From: Alphaproteobacteria bacterium
Lineage (GTDB): Bacteria; Pseudomonadota; Alphaproteobacteria; GCA-2731375
NCBI GenBank assembly: GCA_965225945.1
Contig: CBDDBZ010000039.1
Coordinates: forward strand, 224,001 to 288,000
Direction of reading: 5' to 3'
Length of the DNA: 64,000 bases
Shown in pieces: positions 40,177 through 49,580 of the stretch. Position 1 is the stretch's first letter; each line of letters begins with the position of its first letter. The position numbers were made by a program, and so were the translations under genes. The notes beneath the pieces are model-generated. The model did not search any database. It was not told the origin of the DNA and was given only the letters and a program-made list of their open reading frames with translations.

Positions 40177-40959
40177 CTATGTCCCGGTGAAGTTGGCGAC
40201 GCGCTTCTCCAGGAAGGCGGAGATGCCCTCGCGCCGATCGTCGGTGGTGTAAATGGTGGCGGCCAGCATCGCCTCGAACTCCAGCGCCGAAGTGAGATCC
40301 ATCTGCATGCCGCGATGCACCGCGCGCTTGGCGAAGGCGAGGCTGAGCGGGGCCCGCGTGGCGTAGAGCTCGGCCAGCTCCAGCGCCGAGGTGAGCGCGC
40401 CGCCGGTCTCGACCAGGCGGTTGATCAGGCCGATCCGGTGCGCCTCCGCCGCGGCAATCGGCTCCGCCGCGAACAGCAGCTCCAAGGCCTTGGAATGGCC
40501 CACCAGGCGCGGCAGGCGCTGGGTGCCGCCGGCGCCGGCGACGGTGCCGATGCGGGCGCTGGTGATGGCGAAACTCGCACCCTTGCCGGCAACGCGGAGA
40601 TCGCAGGCCAGCGCGAACTCCAAGCCCCCGGTCAGGCAGAAGCCCTCGATCGCGGCGATCGCCGGAATCGCCATCACCTCGACCGCGTTCGAGAGCCGGT
40701 GCCAGCGATTGAAATACGCGACCGCACTCCGGGCGCCATCGATGGCGAGTGCATCGTTCAGGTCGGCGCCGGCGGAGAAATAATCCGGGCCGCCGGTGAA
40801 GATCACGGCGCGGACCGCATCCTCGGCCGTGGCCGCGGCAATCGCGCCGTGCAGCGCCTCCATGGTGGCGAGGCTGATCGCGTTGCGAACCTTCGGCCGC
40901 GCCAGGGTGACGACGAGCGCCGCCCCCTCGCGCCGGGTCTCGATCACCGCCTCGCTCAT
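40177..40959 (-). CDS. Enoyl-CoA hydratase/isomerase family protein
   Basis: FSAGADL, GGLEFALACD and GGTQRLPRLVG motifs. Confidence 0.92.
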   Translation of the reverse strand: MSEAVIETRREGAALVVTLARPKVRNAISLATMEALHGAIAAATAEDAVRAVIFTGGPDYFSAGADLNDALAIDGARSAVAYFNRWHRLSNAVEVMAIPAIAAIEGFCLTGGLEFALACDLRVAGKGASFAITSARIGTVAGAGGTQRLPRLVGHSKALELLFAAEPIAAAEAHRIGLINRLVETGGALTSALELAELYATRAPLSLAFAKRAVHRGMQMDLTSALEFEAMLAATIYTTDDRREGISAFLEKRVANFTGT

Positions 40960-40996
40960 GCCCTCGCTCCTCCCTGTTTTGACGCCGCATTCACCG

Positions 40997-41221
40997 TCAG
41001 ACGCGCCGGTCTGTCAATCGAGCGCTATCGAAACGCCGTGGGAACAGTTCATTCTGGGATAGGCCAATGCGACCGCCGAGATAGGATTTTCCAACTAGCA
41101 GAGTGATTCCCTCGTCGATCGCCAGCATGGCCTTTTGCGCCGCGATCGGGTTGTCGTCGATCAGGAAGTCATAAAGCCGGTCGATGTCCCGAAGCGCTTC
41201 CGGCAGGAAGACCAGCTTCAC
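40997..41221 (-). pseudogene. RelE/ParE-type toxin, C-terminally degenerate
   Basis: KLVFLPEALRDIDRLYDFL...NPIAAQKA; similarity lost after about 50 aa; GTGA overlap with the antitoxin. Confidence 0.65.
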
Positions 41222-41505
41222 CGAGGCTCGGCCTTCCAAGCGGCTTCACCGACCAGTTTGCGCACCCTTCTCCGGACGCTCTCAAAGGCAATGGACGGCC
41301 CGCCGGCCAGGTAGCGTTGCCATCGCTCCTCGTCCTCGGCCCCTTCGTCGACCCGTCGCTCCTGCTCGTCGGCGTGGGCGCGCAGAACGGTGTCGGCGAG
41401 AGCGCGAACCGACACCCCGGCACGAGCGGCAAGCACCGTCAGGCGTGCCCACAAGTCGGGGTCCAGGGTGAGAGGCGAGCTCCTATCGGTATCGGTCATG
41501 GTCAT
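41218..41505 (-). CDS. CopG/RHH-type antitoxin
   Basis: LTLDPDLWARLTVLAARAG...RWQRYLAGG; upstream of the ParE-like ORF. Confidence 0.68.
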   Translation of the reverse strand: MTMTDTDRSSPLTLDPDLWARLTVLAARAGVSVRALADTVLRAHADEQERRVDEGAEDEERWQRYLAGGPSIAFESVRRRVRKLVGEAAWKAEPR

Positions 41506-41705
41506 ATGCTCCTGCCCCTGAGCGTAGCGATATAGGGACGTTTTTCCAAGAATCCCTTGTTCCGTGTCGAAAGTCGCTTGGAACGTTCGCTTCCCGGAAG
41601 GTCCCTGAGTTCCGCCATGTACGGAAGTCGAGTGATCTCCCCCCGGCTTGCCTGGCGGGAACGGAATCCCGATTATGCGCCGCGCCTGGCACGGGGAGGG
41701 GAGCG

Positions 41706-42491
41706 GTGGACTACGGGATCGACGGCGATGTCGCGGTGATGATCGGCGCCGCGCGGGGGATCGGTTACGCGGCGGCGGCGTTGCTGGCGGGCGAGGGCGC
41801 GCGCATTGCCATCGCCGATATCGACGGCCAGGCGGCCGAGGCGGCGGCGACGCGGCTCGCGGACACCGGCGCCGAGGCGATCGGGGTCGGTTGCGACATT
41901 ACCTCCACCGAGTCCATCTGCGCCTTGCTGGCCCGCACCGAGGAAGCCTTGGGCCCGCCCGACATCCTGGTCAACGCCGCCGCGGTGCTGGACGACAAGA
42001 CCTTCCTCGATTCAGGCCCCGAGGACTGGGCCCGAATGCTCGACGTCTGTCTCACCGGGCCGATGAACGCGATCCATGCCGTGCTGCCGGGCATGACCAA
42101 ACGCGGCCATGGCCGGATCGTCTGCCTCGCCTCCGATGCCGCGCGGATCGGCCAAGCCCGGCTTTCCTATTACGCCGCCGCCAAGGCCGGCGTTATCGCG
42201 CTGGTGAAGTCGGTGGCGCAGGAGGTGGGGCGAAGCGGCGTCACCCTCAATATCGTCTCGCCGGGCGCCACCAACACGGAACTGCGCCGGGAACGCGAGG
42301 CCGGCTTGCGCGCGAGCATGGGGGAGGAACGCTATGGCCGCCGCGAGCGGGCGGTGCTGCGGATGTATCCGACCGGGCGCCTCGGCGAGCCCGACGACGT
42401 CGCCGGCGCCATCGCCTATCTCGCGAGCCGCCGGGCCGGCTGGGTCACCGGCCAGGTGATGAGCGTGAACGGCGGCTTCGTGATGCCCTGA
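41706..42491 (+). CDS. SDR family oxidoreductase
   Basis: GAARGIG, YAAAKAG and GQVMSVNGG motifs. Confidence 0.92.
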   Translation: MDYGIDGDVAVMIGAARGIGYAAAALLAGEGARIAIADIDGQAAEAAATRLADTGAEAIGVGCDITSTESICALLARTEEALGPPDILVNAAAVLDDKTFLDSGPEDWARMLDVCLTGPMNAIHAVLPGMTKRGHGRIVCLASDAARIGQARLSYYAAAKAGVIALVKSVAQEVGRSGVTLNIVSPGATNTELRREREAGLRASMGEERYGRRERAVLRMYPTGRLGEPDDVAGAIAYLASRRAGWVTGQVMSVNGGFVMP

Positions 42492-42551
42492 AGGACCGAG
42501 CGAAACGTCGCCATTTATGGCGACTGGTATATGAGGGTCAAAATTCTTCGC

Positions 42552-43712
42552 CTAATCGTCCGCGATGGTCGCGGCGGCGATCGCCTCCAATTCGCCACGC
42601 CGTGCCGCTATCAGCCCGGCCAGCGCGAGCTGCCCCTCGGCCCTGAGCAGGTTATGAGCCCGCCGGCTGGGCGCGACCGCCGGGTCCCAGGCGAAGTAGC
42701 GATCCTCGACCACGTCGGTCAAAAAGCGCGCCGCGAGTTCGAGCGCGATGCGCCCGAAGCCGGCGACCAGGCACTCCCGCTCCTCGGCGGTGACGGTCCG
42801 GCTCCAAGCCAGATAGCCCTGGACGCTGGCGCGAAAGATTTCGACGTCGAGGCGGGGATGCGCCGTGTCCTCGCCTTGCGGGTTGCACCAGGAGCGGAGC
42901 GCGTCGCCGAACTCCGCGTCGAGGCCGTGGAGTCCCAGGGTGTCGAAATCGATCAGCCCCACCGCGCGGCCGTCCGCCGGGTCGAACAGCACGTTGGAGA
43001 TCTTGAGGTCGCCGTGCCCGGGCCGCGCCGGTGGCGGCGCGGGCGTCGCCTCGCGCCAGAGCCGCCATTGCTCCAGCACCGTCTCGCCGAGACGGGCCGG
43101 ATCCTCACCCGCCTGGGTTTGGCTTCCGCCGCTCCGCTCCAGCGCCGCCTCCAGCGCCCGCATGCGCCCCGCTGTGTCGTGGAAGTGGCTTTCCGGGAGG
43201 GCCCGGCCCGCCGCCGCGTCGTAGAGCGCGTCGTGGAACCGGGCGAGCAGGCCGGCGGCGCGCTGGGCGTGTCCCGGGCTCGGCACCCGGTGCCAGTTGG
43301 CGCCATCGATCCAGGCGAGGAGCCGCCAGCGGCGTCCCGCCAGGCCGGGGACGGAGAGGCGGCCGTCGTCCGTCGGCTGGAGGCGGGGCGCGGCGAGTCC
43401 GGCTTCGACCAGCGTGCCTGAGACGGCGAGGATATGGCGGTTGACGTCGTCGCCGAATTGAGCCGCCACCTCCTGCAAGGCGAAGCGGGCCGGCCGGCCG
43501 ATCGCCCAGGTTCGATTGACCAGGCCGTCGGCGATCGGTGTCACGGGGCTGTCGGGGGCGAGCTGGGCAGCGAAGTGACGCAGCGCCTCTCGCGGCTCGC
43601 TTGGCCTCGGGTCCGCAAGGCGACGGTCTCGCACCTGCCCCGAGGGCGGATTTTCGGACGGTGAACCGTGCTGGCGCCGCGATCGCCGCGGCTGGCGAAG
43701 CCTGTCTTCCAT
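42552..43712 (-). CDS. Aminoglycoside phosphotransferase / sugar-kinase-like protein
   Basis: GLVNRTW, HGDLKISNVLF and LIDFDTLG motifs; start uncertain. Confidence 0.82.
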   Translation of the reverse strand: MEDRLRQPRRSRRQHGSPSENPPSGQVRDRRLADPRPSEPREALRHFAAQLAPDSPVTPIADGLVNRTWAIGRPARFALQEVAAQFGDDVNRHILAVSGTLVEAGLAAPRLQPTDDGRLSVPGLAGRRWRLLAWIDGANWHRVPSPGHAQRAAGLLARFHDALYDAAAGRALPESHFHDTAGRMRALEAALERSGGSQTQAGEDPARLGETVLEQWRLWREATPAPPPARPGHGDLKISNVLFDPADGRAVGLIDFDTLGLHGLDAEFGDALRSWCNPQGEDTAHPRLDVEIFRASVQGYLAWSRTVTAEERECLVAGFGRIALELAARFLTDVVEDRYFAWDPAVAPSRRAHNLLRAEGQLALAGLIAARRGELEAIAAATIADD

Positions 43713-44058
43713 CGCCGCCTCCCGCTCTCCGCCGAAGCGCGACGATAGCCTATTCGCCGGCAAGCGCGAACCGTCCTCGGCAGCGGCGGCCGGGCCGGGT
43801 GGGCACCTCGGCTCGCCTCACCAGGAGTCCCGACGAGCTCCCACGGGAGCGAATTTTCGCCCGAGTCTTCAGACCGTCTGGATTGTCTCGACACGGGGTT
43901 GCGCCGATTCCCGCGATCTGGCAACTTACAACAAATTGCGTGGTGATTTGCCGGCAGCACAATATCTGGCGGCATCGCGGCGGTTGCGGCGGTGCCGTCA
44001 CGTGGCGTCCGGGCCGGGTTCATCGTCGCGGACGCGCCGGGGAGGCGTCGGGGAAGAG

Positions 44059-44556
44059 ATGCATTCCAACCCGTTGATCGACAGCGCCGAGAACCCCCTC
44101 GACGTGGTCGAGGAAATCGTCACCGCGCATGAATGGCAGTTCGAGCGCCAGAACAACGACGAGCTGTCGGTCTGCATCGGTGGCGCCTGGTGCGACTATC
44201 ACCTGGGCTTCACCCACAATCCCCGCTATGGCGGACTGCAGATCGCCTGCGCCTATGACGTGCGCGTGCCGACGGGCAAGCGCGGCGAGGTCTGCTTGCT
44301 GCTGGCGATGGTGAACGAGCGCCTCTGGCTCGGGCATTTCGACCTCTGGTCGGAGGAGAGCATCCCGATGTTCCGCCACGTCCTGCTGACGGTGGGCGAG
44401 CCGAACGCCACCGCCGACCAAGTCGAGCGGATGATCGAGATCGCGATTTCGGAGTGCGAGCGCTATTATCCCGCCTTCCAGTTCGTGCTCTGGGGCGGCA
44501 AGAGCGCGGAGGAGGCGGTGGCCGCCGCGATGTTCGAAACCATGGGCGAGGCGTGA
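44059..44556 (+). CDS. YbjN domain protein
   Basis: NPLDVVE, NERLWLGHFDLW and ECERYYPAFQFVLWGG motifs; conserved position upstream of proC. Confidence 0.88.
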   Translation: MHSNPLIDSAENPLDVVEEIVTAHEWQFERQNNDELSVCIGGAWCDYHLGFTHNPRYGGLQIACAYDVRVPTGKRGEVCLLLAMVNERLWLGHFDLWSEESIPMFRHVLLTVGEPNATADQVERMIEIAISECERYYPAFQFVLWGGKSAEEAVAAAMFETMGEA

Positions 44557-44560
44557 GGCG

Positions 44561-45370
44561 ATGACCAAGCTGCTCCTCGTCGGCTGCGGCAAGATGGGTG
44601 GCGCGCTGCTGAGCGGCTGGCTGGCCGAGGGCATCGGGCCCGGGGACGTGGTGGTGGTGGAGCCGGCGGCGGATCCCGGCCGCCTCGCGGCGCTGCCGGG
44701 CGTGGCCATGGTCGAGGGGCCGGACGCCATTGCGGCCGATTTCGCGCCCGACGTCGTGATCTTCGCGGTGAAGCCGCAGGTCATGGCCGACGCGGTGCCG
44801 CATTACGCCCGCTATCGCAATCCGGCGACGCTCTTTCTCTCGATCGCGGCGGGCACCCGAATCGCCTTCTTCGAGGCGTGCTTGGGAGCCGACGCGGCGA
44901 TCGTGCGGGTGATGCCCAACACGCCCGCGGCCATCGGCCGGGGGATGAGCGTGTTGACCGCCAACGCCAACGTGGGCGCCGGCCAGCGCGAGGTCGCCGG
45001 GCGCTTGCTGGCGGCGGTGGGGGAGACCGCCTGGCTCGACGACGAGGGGCTGATGGACGCGGTGACGGCGGTCAGCGGCAGCGGTCCCGCCTACGTCTTC
45101 CTGCTGATCGAGTGCCTGGCCGAGGCCGGCCGGGCGGTGGGCCTGCCGGGCGATCTCTCGGCCAAGCTCGCCTTGGAGACGGTGGCGGGCTCCGGCGAAT
45201 TGGCCCGCCGGGCGGGCGACGACCCGGCGCAACTCCGCATCGACGTCACCAGCCCGGGCGGCACCACGGCGGCGGCGCTGGAGCTATTGATGGGTGCGGG
45301 CGGCCTCGAGGACCTGCTCGCCCGCGCGGTCGAGGCCGCGACCCGGCGCGGCCGCGAACTCGGCGGCTGA
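44561..45370 (+). CDS. proC: Pyrroline-5-carboxylate reductase
   Basis: GCGKMG, AVKPQ, RVMPNTP, SGSGPAY and VTSPGGTT motifs. Confidence 0.96.
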   Translation: MTKLLLVGCGKMGGALLSGWLAEGIGPGDVVVVEPAADPGRLAALPGVAMVEGPDAIAADFAPDVVIFAVKPQVMADAVPHYARYRNPATLFLSIAAGTRIAFFEACLGADAAIVRVMPNTPAAIGRGMSVLTANANVGAGQREVAGRLLAAVGETAWLDDEGLMDAVTAVSGSGPAYVFLLIECLAEAGRAVGLPGDLSAKLALETVAGSGELARRAGDDPAQLRIDVTSPGGTTAAALELLMGAGGLEDLLARAVEAATRRGRELGG

Positions 45371-45397
45371 ATCGCTTCCCTTCACCGTCCGGCGGCG

Positions 45398-46399
45398 CTA
45401 TGCGCCTTCCTCGCGGAAAGGGCGGGCCAGCAGGCGCTCGATTTCGGCGCCGAGGCCGGCGCCATGATTGCAGATCTGGTCGACGGCGGCGGTGATCGGC
45501 AGCTCCAGACCCATCTCGCCCGCCAGCGCCGCGAGCGCGGCGGCCGTTGCCACCCCCTCGGTCACCGCGCGCCGGGCGCCCAACACCTCGTCGATTCGCC
45601 GGCCCTCGCCCAGTGCGATGCCGAGCGACATGTTGCGCGATTTCTCGCTGCCGCAGGTGAGCGCCAAGTCGCCGAGCCCGGAGAGCCCCATCAGCGTCTC
45701 CACTCGGGCGCCCCGGGCCCGGCCGAGCCGCATGATCTCCGCCAGGCCCCGGGTCATCAGCGCCGCCCAGGCGTTCTGGCCCAGGCCCTGGCCCCGCACG
45801 ATCCCGCAGGCGATGGCGACGACGTTCTTGACCGCGCCGCCGATCTCCGCGCCCGCGACGTCGTCGGTCAGATAGGGCCGGAAGTGGGGTAGGCCGACGG
45901 CGTCGCGGATCTCTCGAGCCCGCTCCGGGTCGGTGCAAGCCAGCGTCACCGCGGCGGGCAGGCCACGGGCCAGCTCGTCGGCGAAGGTCGGACCGGAGAG
46001 GATCGCGATGGTCCGGCCCGGCAACGCGGCCGCCGCCACCTCGCTCATCGGCCGACCGCTACGGCGCTCGATTCCCTTGGCGCAGACCAGTACCGCCGCC
46101 TGGATGGCGATATGGGGCGAGAGCTGCCTCGCGACCGCCCCGCTCGCCTGGGCCGGCGTCGCGAGCAGCACCAGGCGGCGATCCGCCAGCACCGCCGGAT
46201 CGGCGCTCGCCCGCAGGCGTGAATCGAGCTCGATGCCGGGAAGATAGGCTTCGTTTCGCCGCCGCTCGCTCACCGCCGCTGCGATTTTCTCGTCGCGGGC
46301 CCAGAGCACCACGTCGCGGCCCGCCGCCGCCAGCAGCGTGGCGAGCGCGGTGCCGAAGGCGCCGGCGCCGACGACGCCGATGGTATCGAATTCCGCCAT
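45398..46399 (-). CDS. gpsA: NAD(P)H-dependent glycerol-3-phosphate dehydrogenase
   Basis: GAGAFGTALA, KGIE, SGPTFA, GAVKNV and GLGDLALTC...SRN motifs. Confidence 0.95.
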   Translation of the reverse strand: MAEFDTIGVVGAGAFGTALATLLAAAGRDVVLWARDEKIAAAVSERRRNEAYLPGIELDSRLRASADPAVLADRRLVLLATPAQASGAVARQLSPHIAIQAAVLVCAKGIERRSGRPMSEVAAAALPGRTIAILSGPTFADELARGLPAAVTLACTDPERAREIRDAVGLPHFRPYLTDDVAGAEIGGAVKNVVAIACGIVRGQGLGQNAWAALMTRGLAEIMRLGRARGARVETLMGLSGLGDLALTCGSEKSRNMSLGIALGEGRRIDEVLGARRAVTEGVATAAALAALAGEMGLELPITAAVDQICNHGAGLGAEIERLLARPFREEGA

Positions 46400-46431
46400 G
46401 GTCGGGTTATAGCATTCCCGGCGCCACGGCC

Positions 46432-46839
46432 TCAGAGCAGGTCGCGCAGCATCGCCACCAGGGTCACGTCGGCCGGCGGCATGTCCAACTCCGCCATGCG
46501 GAGCGGCCGGACCCAACGGGTCTCCTGGCCCTCGCGCGGGCTGGGTCGGCCCTCCCAACGGCGGCAGACGTAGAGCGCCAGCAGCAGGTGAAAATCGTCG
46601 TAGGCATGGGAGGCGAAGGTCAGCGGCGCCAGGCACGCCTCGGTCACGTCTAGGGCCAGCTCCTCCCTCAGCTCGCGGATCAGGCACTCCTCCGGCGTCT
46701 CCCCGGGCTCGACCTTGCCGCCCGGAAATTCCCACAGCCCGGCCATGGCCTTGCCCGCCGGCCGGCACTGCATCAGCACCCGGCCGTCGACGTCGACTAG
46801 CGCCACGGCGGCGACCAGCACCAGAGGCCGGTCGGCCAT
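46432..46839 (-). CDS. mutT: 8-oxo-dGTP diphosphatase (Nudix)
   Basis: WEFPGGKVEPGETPEECLIRELREEL; follows argJ. Confidence 0.9.
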   Translation of the reverse strand: MADRPLVLVAAVALVDVDGRVLMQCRPAGKAMAGLWEFPGGKVEPGETPEECLIRELREELALDVTEACLAPLTFASHAYDDFHLLLALYVCRRWEGRPSPREGQETRWVRPLRMAELDMPPADVTLVAMLRDLL

Positions 46840-48077
46840 CAGGAGCGGTAGTCGGCGTTGATGGAGATGTAGCCGTGGGTCAAATCGCAAGCCCACACGG
46901 TAGCCCGCCCCCGGCCGACGCCGACGTCGACCTCGATCTCGATTTCCTGGCCCTTCATGTGCGCCACCACCTGGGCCTCGCGGTAGTCGGGATGGACGTG
47001 GCCTCGCGCCGCCACCAGCACGCCGCCGATGCGGATGGCCAAGCGGTCGCGGTCCGCCTTTTCGCCCGACTTGCCGACGGCCATGACGATCCGGCCCCAG
47101 TTGGCGTCCTCGCCCGCGATCGCGGTCTTGACCAGGGGCGAATTGCCGATCGCGAGGCCGATGCGCCGCGCGGCGGCGGGCGACGCGGCGCCGGCGACGC
47201 GGATCTCGATCAGCTTGCTCGCGCCCTCGCCGTCGCGTACCACCTGGCGGGCGAGATCGCCCATCACCGCTTCCAGCGCGGCCTTGAAATCGCCGAGCCG
47301 GCGCTCGGAGGGCTTGGCGACGGCCTTACCGGCGCGCGCCCGGCCGGTCGCGAACAGCAGCACCATATCGCTGGTCGAGGTATCGCCGTCGACGGTGATC
47401 GAGTTGAAGGTCCGCCGGTTGATCGGTCCGAGCACGCCCTGAAGCACGTCCGCCGGCAGGCCTGCGTCGGTGAAGACGAAGGCGAGCATCGTCGCCATGT
47501 CGGGGGCGATCATGCCGCTGCCCTTGGCGATGCCGACGATGGCCACCTCCTCGCCGTCGATGCGCGCGGTCGCGCCCGCCGCCTTGGCGAAGGTGTCGGT
47601 GGTGCGAATCGCGTCCGCCGCCTCGGGCCAGGCGTCGGCCTTCAGGCGAGCGGCGAGACGGGGCAGCGCCGCGACCACGGCGGCGGGCTCCAGCCGTTCG
47701 CCGATGACGCCGGTGGAGGCGATCATCACCTGGGTCCTCGGGCAGCCGAGGGTATCAGCCACGCCGCGGGCCGCCTGGCGCACCGCCTCGGCGCCCGCGC
47801 GGCCGGTGAAGACGTTGGCGTTGCCGGCGTTGACCAGCAGCGCCCGGGCCCGGCCCCGGGGCAGCTGCTTGCGGCACCACTCGACCGGCGCGCCCGCCAT
47901 CTTGTTGCGCGTCAACACACCGGCCAGCGTGGTGCCCGGTGCCAGGCGCGCCAGCATGATATCGGGCCGCCCCCGGTAGCGCAGATTGGCGGCGAGCGTC
48001 GCCAACTCGACGCCGGCGACCTGCGGCAGCGCGGGAAAGCCTTGCGGCGCGAGCGGCGAGACGGGGATGTCGGGCAT
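46839..48077 (-). CDS. argJ: Bifunctional ornithine acetyltransferase/N-acetylglutamate synthase
   Basis: STGVIG, TTDTF, AKGSGMIAPDMATML, DGDTSTSD and DGEGASK motifs. Confidence 0.96.
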   Translation of the reverse strand: MPDIPVSPLAPQGFPALPQVAGVELATLAANLRYRGRPDIMLARLAPGTTLAGVLTRNKMAGAPVEWCRKQLPRGRARALLVNAGNANVFTGRAGAEAVRQAARGVADTLGCPRTQVMIASTGVIGERLEPAAVVAALPRLAARLKADAWPEAADAIRTTDTFAKAAGATARIDGEEVAIVGIAKGSGMIAPDMATMLAFVFTDAGLPADVLQGVLGPINRRTFNSITVDGDTSTSDMVLLFATGRARAGKAVAKPSERRLGDFKAALEAVMGDLARQVVRDGEGASKLIEIRVAGAASPAAARRIGLAIGNSPLVKTAIAGEDANWGRIVMAVGKSGEKADRDRLAIRIGGVLVAARGHVHPDYREAQVVAHMKGQEIEIEVDVGVGRGRATVWACDLTHGYISINADYRS

Positions 48078-48126
48078 CGGCGCCCTCCCTGGTTTCGGCG
48101 ATGCTGCTCTACCTTCTTGAATAATA

Positions 48127-48187
48127 GAGCCATTTTCTCCAAACGGATCGAACCGCACCGGTTCGATCCGTTTGGAAAAAATGGCTC
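48127..48187. repeat. REP-like long palindrome (possible terminator)
   Basis: GAGCCATTTTCTCCAAACGGATCGAACC / GGTTCGATCCGTTTGGAAAAAATGGCTC, 28-bp arms with 1 mismatch. Confidence 0.7.
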
Positions 48188-48196
48188 CATCGGGCC

Positions 48197-48790
48197 TCAG
48201 CGCACCAGGTCGGGAAGGTGCTGGCGGATGCTCTGTTCCATCTCCCGGTCGAAGGCCTCGAGCAGCCTACGGGTGAAGGCATAATAGGCGTCATCGCGCT
48301 GATTGAGGCTGAGATCCTCCAGCATGGTACGCCGGCCGGTGACGGTGGCGAGGGCGAAACCGGCGCTGGTGAGGCCTTCGTCGCCGACGATGATTCGCGC
48401 CTGGATGTCGGCGGTCAGCTCGTGCGCTTCTTCCCGCGTAAACAGGCCCTGCAACGTGGTCTTGGTCCGCAGCCGCCTGGTGGTGACGCTCGCCTTCTCG
48501 ATCACCAGGCGGGCGATACCGGTTGGGCCCGTCGCCCGCAGACGATCGCGTGCCCAGGACTGGATCGCCTCCGTCGGCGTCACCGGAAACTCGTGCTCGA
48601 CGTTGGGCCGGGCGAGCGGCGGTTCGTAGTCGTCCACGACGATGATCTCGCGAACGTCGAGGTCGATCGGTGTCTTGTGGGTGAAGCGGATCTCCGGGTA
48701 GGCCGGCGCAGGCGGCGGCGAAACGCAGGCCACGAGCAGCGCGGCAGCGATAGTGACCAAGGTGGTGATTCCGATCGAACGCGCGCGCAT
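48197..48790 (-). CDS. Putative lipoprotein
   Basis: Signal peptide with lipobox LVAC; alphaproteobacterial-type NVEHEFPVTP...WARDRL. Confidence 0.75.
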   Translation of the reverse strand: MRARSIGITTLVTIAAALLVACVSPPPAPAYPEIRFTHKTPIDLDVREIIVVDDYEPPLARPNVEHEFPVTPTEAIQSWARDRLRATGPTGIARLVIEKASVTTRRLRTKTTLQGLFTREEAHELTADIQARIIVGDEGLTSAGFALATVTGRRTMLEDLSLNQRDDAYYAFTRRLLEAFDREMEQSIRQHLPDLVR

Positions 48791-48875
48791 ATCGAGTCAT
48801 CCTCTGGCAAGGGACTAGCCCGCCATGGATAGCGGCGGGTGCGGGCAAATTCAACCTCGGCGCGGGAGACGGGGC

Positions 48876-49502
48876 GTGGTGCGTCGAATTGACTATCTGG
48901 TGGACGGGCCGGGCAAAGCGCGACTCACGCTGGCCTTGGCGCACGGTGCCGGCGCCGGCATGGACAGCCCCTTCATGGTTCATTTCGCCGAGCGAATCGC
49001 GGCGGCCGCCGAGGTCCGCGTCGCCCGCTTCGAATTCCCCTACATGGCGCGGCGCCGGGCCGAGGGCGGGCGCCGGCCGCCGGATCGCCAGCCGGTGCTG
49101 CTCGACGCCTGGCGCCGGGTGGCGGCGGAGCTGGGCGCGGCGAACCTCGTGGTCGGCGGCAAATCCATGGGCGGGCGGATGGCGAGCCTGATCGCCGACG
49201 AGACCGGGGCCCGGGGCCTGGTCTGCCTCGGCTATCCTTTTCATGCCCCGGGAAAGGCCGATAAACCCAGGACCGCGCATCTCGCGAGCCTCGCCGCGCC
49301 GAGCCTGATCGTGCAGGGAACGCGCGATCCGATGGGCTCAAAAGTAACGGTCGCGAGCTACCAGCTTTCACCGGCGATCCGGCTGCACTGGCTCGCCGAC
49401 GGCAACCACGATCTGGTGCCGCGCAAGGCCTCGGGCCGGACCCGGGACGAGAACTGGCGAGACGCCGTTCAAGCGATTGCGGAATTCCTCCAAACGCTCT
49501 GA
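48876..49502 (+). CDS. Alpha/beta fold hydrolase
   Basis: AHGAGAGMDS, GGKSMGGR, LGYPFH and QGTRD motifs. Confidence 0.9.
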   Translation: MVRRIDYLVDGPGKARLTLALAHGAGAGMDSPFMVHFAERIAAAAEVRVARFEFPYMARRRAEGGRRPPDRQPVLLDAWRRVAAELGAANLVVGGKSMGGRMASLIADETGARGLVCLGYPFHAPGKADKPRTAHLASLAAPSLIVQGTRDPMGSKVTVASYQLSPAIRLHWLADGNHDLVPRKASGRTRDENWRDAVQAIAEFLQTL

Positions 49503-49580
49503 AGCCGGGACGGGGCTTGCCAAGACCGGCACCGATCTAGGAAGCTGCGCGAGCGGAGGAGCGAGGAGGGAGACGGGGTC

